Source: Chloroflexota bacterium (GTDB taxonomy: Bacteria > Chloroflexota > UBA11872 > UBA12225 > JAJDUF01). From it: 64,000 nt of DNA. A program made the translations under genes and the position numbers. The stretch is taken from positions 4,081,031-4,145,030 of the forward strand of contig OZ250185.1 of NCBI GenBank assembly GCA_965238265.1. The letters run 5' to 3'. The notes beneath the pieces were generated by a model. It saw nothing but the letters and a program-made list of their open reading frames with translations, did not search any database and was not told the DNA's origin. This document shows positions 27,770 through 35,179 of this stretch, piece after piece (the stretch's first letter is position 1; every line of letters starts with the position of its first letter).

Positions 27770-29133
27770 CCTTGGTCGGCCGGCACCCAGCGGTAGGAGT
27801 AGAGGCTCGCATTGCGGAGATGGAGCTTCAGGTGGACACGCCCACCGGCCTGCGGGGGGACCACCCTCCCACCGCGCCATGCTACGGCCACCGCTACTCC
27901 ATCCGGCGCGGACAGCCGGCAATCATCGGCGCTATACCCGGCAACCGCCTGACCGTCGGGGCGTAGTACCTCGACACTGGCGTCTCCCGTCCCCGCATCG
28001 AGATTGACCGTCAGGCGGCGGGGCGTAGTGGCATCGAGGGCCGCGGTGAGGAGGAAGCCTGGCTCCATCCGCCCTTCGATGGAGACAAAGCCGTCGCGCC
28101 GGATGGAGGCCAGGCCCATCGCCCGACGATGCCCGCCTTTCGAGCCGTGGTGGGTGCTGCCGCCCGCGTACCAGAAGCGCAAGCGGTCGCCGACGACCTC
28201 CGGCGCATTATTGGTCAGCACAACCCAATGGGAGTCCCAGCTTCCTTCGCCGCCACGCGCGAGAATGGGATCGCGGTGTCCCACGCGCTGCCAGTGGTGG
28301 CCATCGCGGCTCCAGCCGAGCTGCGTATCCATGCGCTCTACAGCCCGGTGGTAGACCTCCAGAAAACCGATGATGCCGGGACCGTAGCGCAGCGGGAGCA
28401 TGCTATAGAACTCGGTGTTGGGCCGGTCGTGCTCGTCAGTCCGCAACAGCTGGCCCCGGTAGGACCACGTGCGGAAATCGGCGCTCTCCCAAAGGGACAC
28501 CTCCCGCTGTCGGAGCACGCCGACGGCGCTGGCCCGCCGGGTGGTCAGCATCCACAACCGGCGCACCGGGTCGTAGGCGATGGCGTAGCGGTCGCCGGCA
28601 TGAACTACCGGCTCCGCACCGACCGTCCAATGGATGCCGTCCGGGGAGGCTGCCCGGTAGATACCCCGCTGCTGGGGGCCGCCGCCCTGATACAGCGTGG
28701 CCACAAACCGCTCGCCCGGCGCCGCGCCCGGCATATCGAGGTAGGGGAACAGCAGCCGCGCCCTGGTACCACGGGGCAGGCCCACGATGTTGGTGGGCGA
28801 GCCATCCTCGTGGCGCACCACGTCGAGGGCCGGCTTTTCCCAGCTGACGCCATCGGGCGAGGTCGCGTAGCCGATCCCATAACGATAGGGGGACGGATCG
28901 TTGGTGGTCGCGGCCAGATACCAGCATTTATAGAGTCCGTCGGCCGGGTCGTGGAGGATACGCCGGGGCACAACCTGCCCCATCTCCCAGGGCTGATCGG
29001 GCCGCAGCACCGGCTCCAGGGAATCGCGGCGTAGCTGGTTGATGAGCCGCGTCACGCCGACCATGGAGTCGATCTCCTCATCGCCTAGAAAGAGATGCAG
29101 GTGGGGGTCGGCCAAGTCTGCCGACGTAGACAT
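27766..29133 (-). CDS. beta-propeller glycosidase-like protein with C-terminal beta-sandwich (paralog B)
   Basis: GYATSPDGVSWEKP, then LTVNLDAG..ASVEVLRPDGQAVAGYSADDC...VAWRGG...GRVHLKLHLRNASLYSYRW, colinear with 21022..22527. The start at 29133 follows AGGAGG. Confidence 0.65.
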   Translation of the reverse strand: MSTSADLADPHLHLFLGDEEIDSMVGVTRLINQLRRDSLEPVLRPDQPWEMGQVVPRRILHDPADGLYKCWYLAATTNDPSPYRYGIGYATSPDGVSWEKPALDVVRHEDGSPTNIVGLPRGTRARLLFPYLDMPGAAPGERFVATLYQGGGPQQRGIYRAASPDGIHWTVGAEPVVHAGDRYAIAYDPVRRLWMLTTRRASAVGVLRQREVSLWESADFRTWSYRGQLLRTDEHDRPNTEFYSMLPLRYGPGIIGFLEVYHRAVERMDTQLGWSRDGHHWQRVGHRDPILARGGEGSWDSHWVVLTNNAPEVVGDRLRFWYAGGSTHHGSKGGHRRAMGLASIRRDGFVSIEGRMEPGFLLTAALDATTPRRLTVNLDAGTGDASVEVLRPDGQAVAGYSADDCRLSAPDGVAVAVAWRGGRVVPPQAGGRVHLKLHLRNASLYSYRWVPADQG

Positions 29134-29219
29134 ACCACGTCCTCCTTGCTGCAGACGCAAACGAGGGGCTGCTGCCGGCGCCCCGGCAACAGCCCCTCGA
29201 TACAAGAGCAACTTACCGC

Positions 29220-30788
29220 TTAGAGCTTGGCCTGCAACACGTCCGACGTGGGGTGCAGCGTCCGCAGCCCGGCGATCAGCTTATTGAGGCGGTCGGCCTC
29301 CTGCGCCGCGTTCACATAAGAAATCTCGCCGGCCCACACCTTGTTGATGACGGGCCGCCACGCGCGGGCCATGGGGTACCACCACTCGTGCGCCTGATGC
29401 ACGTAGCGGTAGTTGAACCCATCCATCAGGATGTCCCGCCGGAAGGTATCGGACGGAATGTTGCGATCCGAGTCGAACAGTGCCTTCCAGGTCGGCGGGG
29501 TGTTGCCATGGGTCAGGATGATGTCGCTGGTCTCCGGGCCGGCCAGGTGGGCGGCCAACTCGGCGCTCTCGGCGACGACACCACGGGTGCCGGCCCACTT
29601 GGTGACCATGTGCGCCTGATCCTGCTGGGACACGGCCCGCTCGCCGTTCGCCGGCCATTTCGGCGCGTACATGAAGTCGAACTCGAAGTTCGTGCCGACG
29701 GCCTTGCGGAACGCGGCGCTCGGATACGTGATGAAGAAAGCGTAGTTGCCCTTGGCGGTACTGAGCTTCTTCTCGCTCGCTACCTGTGGTGTCGGCGCGA
29801 CCTGGTGCTTGTGGACGATGTCTTCCCAGAACTGGCCGGCCTGAATCCCGGCGGGCGAATTGAAGAGGTAGTACTCGCCGTTATGGGCACCCGTGTCACC
29901 GCCGATCTGGTACATCGTCATGACATGGTTCCACCAAGCGGGTGCGGGCATCCCGTAGATATTGTTGTCCGGCTCCTGGACCTGCCTGGCCGCGTTGATT
30001 AGGTCGTCGAAGGTCCAGTTCTCGTTCGGCTCGATGCCGTGCCGGTCGAGGATGGACTTGTTGTACATCCAGTCACGGGTAATCACCTGGAACGGCCAGC
30101 CGAAGACCTTCCCGTTCGGATACGGGTAGATCTCGTGCTGCGGGATGCTCACATAGTCATCCATCGCGACCTTGAATTGCTTCAGGTAGGGGGTCAGGTC
30201 CGCGAAGAGACCGCGCTTCGCCCAGTAGACGAAGACATACGCGGCCCACAGGAAGAGGTCGCCCATGTCGTCGGCCGCGATCAGCACCGCCGTCCGCGCG
30301 AAGACACTGTTGCTCTTGGCCTGCTCACGGCCAGCGCTAAAGCGCACGTCTACCGTAACTTCGGGGCGCTGCTCCTTGTAGAGCGCCAGGCTGCGCTTGA
30401 CCACCTCACCACGCGGCCCGTCCGGCCCCCAGTCGGTGTCGAAGAGGATCCGCTTCGGGCCGCTCGACGTGACGGGCACCTCCACCACCTTCTCGACCAC
30501 CTTCTCGACGACAACCGGCTTCTCGACGGTGACCACCTTCTCGACCACCTTCTCGACAACGACCGGCTTCTCCTTCTCGACCACAATGGTCTGACCGGCG
30601 GCCCCGGACGACCCCTTGGCCCCGGCGGAGCCAGCGGCACCCTGCGCACCCTGCACGCCAGCGGGTCCAGCCGGTCCCGCCGGGCCTTGGACGTAGCGAA
30701 TCTCGACTTCACCACAAGCAGCTGCGAGTACGCCCCCCAGCGTTGCGGCTGCGCCACCGAGATACCGTCTGCGGATCACACGTGCCAT
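29220..30788 (-). CDS. extracellular solute-binding lipoprotein (ABC sugar-type SBP) with a long repetitive N-terminal tether
   Basis: Start at 30788 after AAGGAG. Tat-like RRRYLGG plus lipobox LAAAC, then GPAGPAGPAGVQGAQGAAGSAGAKGSSGAAG (Gly-X-Y) and (V)VEKVV repeats, then a family-1 SBP-like body. No permease or ATPase genes are adjacent. Confidence 0.8.
   Translation of the reverse strand: MARVIRRRYLGGAAATLGGVLAAACGEVEIRYVQGPAGPAGPAGVQGAQGAAGSAGAKGSSGAAGQTIVVEKEKPVVVEKVVEKVVTVEKPVVVEKVVEKVVEVPVTSSGPKRILFDTDWGPDGPRGEVVKRSLALYKEQRPEVTVDVRFSAGREQAKSNSVFARTAVLIAADDMGDLFLWAAYVFVYWAKRGLFADLTPYLKQFKVAMDDYVSIPQHEIYPYPNGKVFGWPFQVITRDWMYNKSILDRHGIEPNENWTFDDLINAARQVQEPDNNIYGMPAPAWWNHVMTMYQIGGDTGAHNGEYYLFNSPAGIQAGQFWEDIVHKHQVAPTPQVASEKKLSTAKGNYAFFITYPSAAFRKAVGTNFEFDFMYAPKWPANGERAVSQQDQAHMVTKWAGTRGVVAESAELAAHLAGPETSDIILTHGNTPPTWKALFDSDRNIPSDTFRRDILMDGFNYRYVHQAHEWWYPMARAWRPVINKVWAGEISYVNAAQEADRLNKLIAGLRTLHPTSDVLQAKL
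30470..30590. repeat. coding tandem repeat (VVEKVVEK... tether) in the SBP gene
   Basis: accaccttctcgaccaccttctcgac(g/a)acaaccggcttctc is duplicated in tandem, with a Gly-X-Y-coding stretch directly adjacent (about 30595..30700). Confidence 0.75.
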
Positions 30789-30883
30789 AGCACCCTCCTT
30801 CGGGTTTACCCTGCTCGGTTCACATCTCCTATGAGCGAGGGTCGCGGTCATGCTACACCAATGTCCGGCAGGGAGGCAAACGC

Positions 30884-30911
30884 TTGTCCTGCTTCTGGGA
30901 GAGAGTATAGT
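30884..30911 (+). promoter_or_regulatory. putative sigma70-like promoter feeding the double-HEPN gene
   Basis: TTGTCC (30884..30889), a 16-nt spacer, then TATAGT (30906..30911). The -10 lies inside the left copy of the direct repeat, which corresponds to the -10 region of the GNAT gene. Confidence 0.3.
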
Positions 30912-30946
30912 TGCCCCATACTGCTGCGTGGGGAGCGTGCCGCGCT
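30904..30946 (+). repeat. direct repeat, left copy (degenerate duplicate of the GNAT gene 5' end)
   Basis: AGTATAGTTGCCCCATACTGCTGCGTGGGGAGCGTGCCGCGCT against 32279..32321 AGTATAGTTGTCCCATGCTGCTGCGCGGAGAGCGTGTCGTGCT: 37 of 43 nt identical by my count. In the left copy the ATG is ATA and a TAG follows. Confidence 0.85.
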
Positions 30947-30972
30947 AGACGCGCGAGAAAGGGCAGTGGGGG

Positions 30973-32208
30973 ATGAACACGCCGGATGATTTGACCTTCA
31001 GGGGGTTGGAGGCAAAGCGAAAGGGCCTGGTCGACGATGGTGAGTTCGGTACGTTTTCGTCTGCCCTCGGACTTCGCCCTCGGCGTTGCACCAGTTGGCT
31101 GGAGCGTGCCGAGCGGGAGATGGAGAAAGACCGTCCTGACCACGATGCTGCGTTCATCTTCTACTGGATCGCGTTCAACGCCGCTTATGAAGAAAGCCGG
31201 ACGGGGGCATGCCTGGGGGAAGAAGATAAGAAAAGAAGAGATGTTCTTTTCGACGAAATCATCGCGCTAGACCGCTACGATAAGGTCAGCAATGCAATCC
31301 CAATGAAGTGCAAGGACCCCATCATGGAATTCCTGGACAACAAGTACGTCTTCCAACTCTTCTGGGCGAGGTACAAAAACTGGGAAGAAACTTTGGAAAG
31401 AGAACGAGATGAAGTGGATAGAGCACCACTACTATGGCGTGCAGAGGAACATACCAAAAAGACTCTAAGTATACTATTCGACCGTCTGTACGTGCTGCGT
31501 AATCAGCTTATCCACGGGGGTGCGACTTGGAAGGGTTCGATGAACCGTGAACAGGTCATTTCCGGAGCGCGGACCACGGCCTCCCTGGTCACGCTGTTTA
31601 CCGAACTGATGATGGACAATCCGGACACTGAGCGCGCTCTGCGTTGTCTCAGTTGGCGCGAGCGTGCCGATCAAGAGATGGCGAGGCAAGAACCTGACTA
31701 CGATGCCGCGTTTATTTTCTACTGGATTGCGTTCAACGCCGCCTACGCATGGGGCCGGGGGGAAAGGCGATCTCACCGACCATCACCCCAAGTAGCGGCC
31801 GCTCGCGACGGGTATTTCGGCAAGATCATCAAGCTAGATGACCGCGGGAAGGTCTATGACGTGATCCACGGCAACGAGTACGTCTCCCAACTGCTCAGGA
31901 GTGACCACCAAGGATTGTCAAGGTACAGATACCGGCAATCTCGGTCGCGAGGCGGCCATAGCGTACACGAATCACCCAATGATCAGTATACCAGGCGCAT
32001 TCTATCCCGACTACGCCGACTATTCGACTACCTATATAGTCGGCGCAATCAGCTTATTCATGGTAGCGCGACTTGGAATGACCTGGAAAATCGCGTCCGG
32101 AGCGAGGCCGATGCGCGGATTCTGTCTTCCCTAGTTCCGCTGTTTATTGACTTGATGATGGACAAACCGATGGCTGACTGGGGTGATCCACCCTACCCCG
32201 CCGCGTAG
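30973..32208 (+). CDS. tandem double-HEPN-like protein (two Rx4H motifs in one chain); predicted single-chain RNase, family unassigned
   Basis: 411 aa made of two internal repeats (about residues 38-218 and 222-400). Each has ...ERA..EM....D(H/Y)DAAFIFYWIAFNAAY and then (L/R)RNQLIHG(G/S)ATW: R176-H181 at 31498..31515 and R358-H363 at 32044..32061. The gene is AT-richer than its flanks (27-32 G+C per 60 nt in 31201..31380). Confidence 0.75.
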   Translation: MNTPDDLTFRGLEAKRKGLVDDGEFGTFSSALGLRPRRCTSWLERAEREMEKDRPDHDAAFIFYWIAFNAAYEESRTGACLGEEDKKRRDVLFDEIIALDRYDKVSNAIPMKCKDPIMEFLDNKYVFQLFWARYKNWEETLERERDEVDRAPLLWRAEEHTKKTLSILFDRLYVLRNQLIHGGATWKGSMNREQVISGARTTASLVTLFTELMMDNPDTERALRCLSWRERADQEMARQEPDYDAAFIFYWIAFNAAYAWGRGERRSHRPSPQVAAARDGYFGKIIKLDDRGKVYDVIHGNEYVSQLLRSDHQGLSRYRYRQSRSRGGHSVHESPNDQYTRRILSRLRRLFDYLYSRRNQLIHGSATWNDLENRVRSEADARILSSLVPLFIDLMMDKPMADWGDPPYPAA

Positions 32209-32278
32209 CCACATAGCAAGCGCCCGTGAGTAGCGGGCGGCGACGCAGGGAGCGTGATAGTTGCCACCGGGGCCGTGC

Positions 32279-32321
32279 AGTATAGTTGTCCCATGCTGCT
32301 GCGCGGAGAGCGTGTCGTGCT
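32279..32321 (+). repeat. direct repeat, right copy (functional 5' end of the GNAT gene)
   Basis: See 30904..30946. A further partial copy, gggagcgtgatagttgccacc, lies at 32248..32268 (compare gggagagagtatagttgcccc at 30897..30917). Confidence 0.85.
32281..32293 (+). promoter_or_regulatory. putative -10 box placed for a leaderless GNAT transcript
   Basis: TATAGT at 32281..32286. The A of the ATG at 32293 is the 7th nt downstream and there is no SD, a geometry typical of leaderless mRNAs. Confidence 0.3.
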
Positions 32322-32838
32322 GCGTGAGGCCCGGACGAGGGATCGGGCCGAGCTGGAGCGGCTACGGGCGGACCCTGAGATTGACCGTTACATGGGGGTG
32401 GACGCCGCGCCGGAGGGGTCCATCTTGAATCGCGTCTTCGTAGGATCAGCCAGCGGCGCATTGGCCGACTATGTGCTCCAACGTCCGGCGGGCCGGATCA
32501 TCGGGCTGCTCTCGTTCTGGGAACGAGCCGTGCCCCACCACGCCGCCGAGGTGTCCATCTGGCTGGCCCGCGACTATCGCGGCCGCGGCTACGGCACGGA
32601 TGCCCTAATCCTGGGCCTCCGGCACGTCTTCGAGCGCTTCCGCTTACATAAGATTTACCTGCGGGTGCTGTGGTACAACACGGCGGCTATCCGCTGCTAC
32701 GAACGCTGCGGTTTTCGCAAAGAAGGAGTGCTGCGTCAGGAGATGTGCGTCGAGGGCATGTGGCATGACCTCATCTATATGGGCGTGCTGCGCTCCGAGT
32801 TCGACGCGCCTTCATCCGGCGGGGCGGGGAAGTCGTAG
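32293..32838 (+). CDS. GNAT-family N-acetyltransferase (RimJ/RimL-like)
   Basis: MLLRGERVVLREARTRDRAELERLRADPEI... and RGRGYGTDAL (acetyl-CoA Q/RxxGxG/A motif) ...RCYERCGFRKEG. The ATG at 32293 is preferred over the ORF-track start at 32254. Confidence 0.85.
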   Translation: MLLRGERVVLREARTRDRAELERLRADPEIDRYMGVDAAPEGSILNRVFVGSASGALADYVLQRPAGRIIGLLSFWERAVPHHAAEVSIWLARDYRGRGYGTDALILGLRHVFERFRLHKIYLRVLWYNTAAIRCYERCGFRKEGVLRQEMCVEGMWHDLIYMGVLRSEFDAPSSGGAGKS

Positions 32839-32850
32839 GCAGGTCGGTAT

Positions 32851-32956
32851 TGGACCTATCCCCCGGCCCCTTCCCTCCAGGGAAGGGGAGTCATCGAGGC
32901 GGTGAGCGTGGCGCGGGGTAGCCGCTTCCCTGTCAGGAAGGGGGTGGGGGTAGGTA
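32851..32956. repeat. palindromic composite repeat, family D
   Basis: ttggacctatcccccggccccttccctccagggaaggggagtcatcgaggcgg...cttccctgtcaggaagggggtgggggtaggtatc, colinear with 8679..8772. Confidence 0.85.
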
Positions 32957-32987
32957 TCGTGGCCCGTAGCGATAGTAGGCAAGCACC

Positions 32988-34097
32988 ATGCGCGTCCTGA
33001 TGGTTTCCAAAGCCTGCATCCACGGCGCCTACCAGCGCAAGCTGGAGGCGCTGGCCCGCTGCGGCGCCGAGCTGACCGTCGTGGTGCCGCCCTCCTGGCG
33101 CGATCACGGCGGGCAAGTGTTCCCCCTCGACCGCCGGCATACGCAAGGCTATCGCCTGGTGGTCGAGCCGCTGGTACTCAACGGCCATTTTCACACCCAC
33201 TTCTACCCGCGGCTCGGTCGCCACTTTCGCGGCGAGCGGTGGGACGTGGTCCACGCCGACGAAGAGCCGTATAACCTCGCCACGCTCCAGATCATCGCGC
33301 TCGCGCAGCGCGCCGGCGCTCGTGCCCTGTTCTTTACCTGGCAGAACCTACTCCGCCGTTATCCGCTGCCGGTACGGCTGATGGAGCGCTACTGCTATCG
33401 CCGGGTCGCCGGCGCCATTGCCGGCAACGCCGAGGCGCGGACCGTGCTCCGCCGCAAAGGCTACGCCGGGCCGGCGTGGGTCATCCCGCAGTTCGGCGTT
33501 GATCCGGAGCTATTCTCCGCCCACGCGGCGCCGCGCCCCACCGCGAACGGCAGCTTCCGTGTCGGCTACGTCGGCCGCCTGGAGCACAAGAAGGGCATAC
33601 ACCTGCTGGTGGCGGCGTGTGGCCAGCTCGGTAAGGGCATCCGGCTCGACCTGCTGGGCTGGGGACCGGAAGAGCGCCGGCTGCGGGCGCTGGCCGCAGC
33701 GTCCGGTCTGGCCGAGCGGTTGCATATCCACACCGCCCGCGCTTCGACGGAGGTACCGGCGTTCCTCCGCCAGCTCGACGTGCTGGTGCTGCCGTCACTG
33801 ACCACGCCGCAATGGAAAGAGCAGTTCGGGCGCGTCCTGGTGGAAGCGATGGCCTGTGAAACGGCGGTGATCGGGTCCGACTCGGGGGAAATCCGGCGCG
33901 TGATCGGTGACGCCGGCCTGCTCTTCCCGGAGGGCAACAGCGCTGCGCTCGCGGAGCAGCTGGCCCGGCTGCGTGACGACCCGGCGCTGCGGCAGGAGCT
34001 AGGAGCGCGGGGGCGGCAGCGCGTACTGGCACACTACACGCAGCAGCGCATCGCCGAGCGGACCTGGCGGGCCTACCGGGCCATCACTGATCGGTGA
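32988..34097 (+). CDS. glycosyltransferase family 4 (GT-B)
   Basis: MRVLMVSKA..., GRLEHKKGIHLL, and the E-x7-E region EQFGRVLVEAMACETAVIGSDSGEI. Confidence 0.9.
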   Translation: MRVLMVSKACIHGAYQRKLEALARCGAELTVVVPPSWRDHGGQVFPLDRRHTQGYRLVVEPLVLNGHFHTHFYPRLGRHFRGERWDVVHADEEPYNLATLQIIALAQRAGARALFFTWQNLLRRYPLPVRLMERYCYRRVAGAIAGNAEARTVLRRKGYAGPAWVIPQFGVDPELFSAHAAPRPTANGSFRVGYVGRLEHKKGIHLLVAACGQLGKGIRLDLLGWGPEERRLRALAAASGLAERLHIHTARASTEVPAFLRQLDVLVLPSLTTPQWKEQFGRVLVEAMACETAVIGSDSGEIRRVIGDAGLLFPEGNSAALAEQLARLRDDPALRQELGARGRQRVLAHYTQQRIAERTWRAYRAITDR

Positions 34098-34158
34098 AGT
34101 CCAGCGGCCCCTCCCATCGTCACTCCGGCGAAAGCCGGAGTCCAGGGAGCCGCGGCCT

Positions 34159-34215
34159 CTGGATTCCCGCTTGCGCGGGAATGACGGATGGGTGTTATTT
34201 TCGTGCCAATGACGG
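34159..34215. repeat. hairpin repeat, family A long form
   Basis: ctggattcccgcttgcgcgggaatgacggatgggtgttattttcgtgccaatgacggg. The long tail (gacggatgggt.ttattttcgtgccaat.acgg) is shared with 55285..55341 and 53620..53710. Confidence 0.85.
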
Positions 34216-34294
34216 GGGCGCCGGAACGGCGTTGGTAGCAGCCGATGGTCGAAGATCGGCGCGTGTGGCACAGTGGGATGGAGGGAGGCCGGGA

Positions 34295-35059
34295 ATGAAA
34301 CTGCTGTTGGCGGAGATGACACGCCTGGAAGCGCGAGGAGCATTCGATCAAGGGGCGACGGTCGTGATCCCGACCGGCTCGACGGAGCAGCATGGCTCCC
34401 ACTTGCCGCTGATCGTGGATTCCTGCACGGCCGAGCATATCGCCCGTAGCGCGGCGGCGCGAGCGGCAGGCGACGTGCCGATTGTCGTGGCGCCCACGGT
34501 CACCTATGGAAGCTCGCATCACCATCTACCCTGGGCCGGCTCGATGTCGCTCAGTGTGCAGACCTACATGGCCGTGATCGAGGACCTGATCCGGTGCGTC
34601 GCCCATCACGGGGGCCGGCGGGTGGCGCTGGTGAACGGGCACGGCGGCAACGTGGCGCCCCACGAGGTCGTGACCGCCGCCCTGACCCTGGAGCTTGATA
34701 TCGCCGTTGCTGCCGTCTCCTACTGGACGCTGGCGGAAAAAGAGCTGGCAGACGAGGGCCTCGAAGGTCTTGGCAGTATTCCCGGCCATGCCGGCGGTTT
34801 CGAGACCTCCTTGATGCTGGCGCTGCGGCCGGACATCATCAACCTCGATCAGCGCGGCGTCGGTGTGCCGGTAGCGACACCGGACGGCGATTGGGCAACG
34901 CCACGGCTCGGTGGGCTGGTGAAGCAGCGTGGCGCCTTCGAGCAGACCGGCGGTGTGAGCGACGACGCCGGCGGCGCTTCCGGTGAGCGCGGGCAGCGGC
35001 TGCTCGAAGTCACCATTGAGGCGGTCCGGCGCTTTCTGGTGGACTTCGCGCGGTGCTAG
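34295..35059 (+). CDS. creatininase-family amidohydrolase
   Basis: VIPTGSTEQHGSHLPL..D and NGHGGN motifs. The start at 34295 follows GGAGGGAGG, and the upstream part of the ORF-track frame is repeat-encoded. Confidence 0.85.
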   Translation: MKLLLAEMTRLEARGAFDQGATVVIPTGSTEQHGSHLPLIVDSCTAEHIARSAAARAAGDVPIVVAPTVTYGSSHHHLPWAGSMSLSVQTYMAVIEDLIRCVAHHGGRRVALVNGHGGNVAPHEVVTAALTLELDIAVAAVSYWTLAEKELADEGLEGLGSIPGHAGGFETSLMLALRPDIINLDQRGVGVPVATPDGDWATPRLGGLVKQRGAFEQTGGVSDDAGGASGERGQRLLEVTIEAVRRFLVDFARC

Positions 35060-35074
35060 GCTGTGTTGACTGGC

Positions 35075-35163
35075 GTAGCCCCCACCCTGGCCCTCCCCCG
35101 TTGCGACAGGGGAGGGAACACACCGTCCCCCGGCCGCAGCGGGGGGGCCATAGGGGGGCCGGC
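35075..35163. repeat. about 88-bp intergenic repeat, family E (copy 2)
   Basis: Nearly identical to 16625..16712, with a few substitutions. Confidence 0.9.
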
Positions 35164-35179
35164 AGAGAAGGGAGCAACG

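Noticed and set aside
30973-32208. The double-HEPN protein as a Cas13-type effector
   Set aside because: It is only 411 aa, with no Helical/NTD-like extra domains, no adjacent CRISPR array and no cas1/cas2. The similarity is limited to the two-HEPN logic.
34094-34294. N-terminal extensions of the ORF-track frames for the creatininase (34094), HD (35063), PaaK-like (53681), crotonase (50405) and GH-like (20833, 22386) genes
   Set aside because: The extensions are encoded by dispersed repeats or by the preceding gene's 3' end. Internal ATGs with good SD sequences coincide with the start of the conserved domains.
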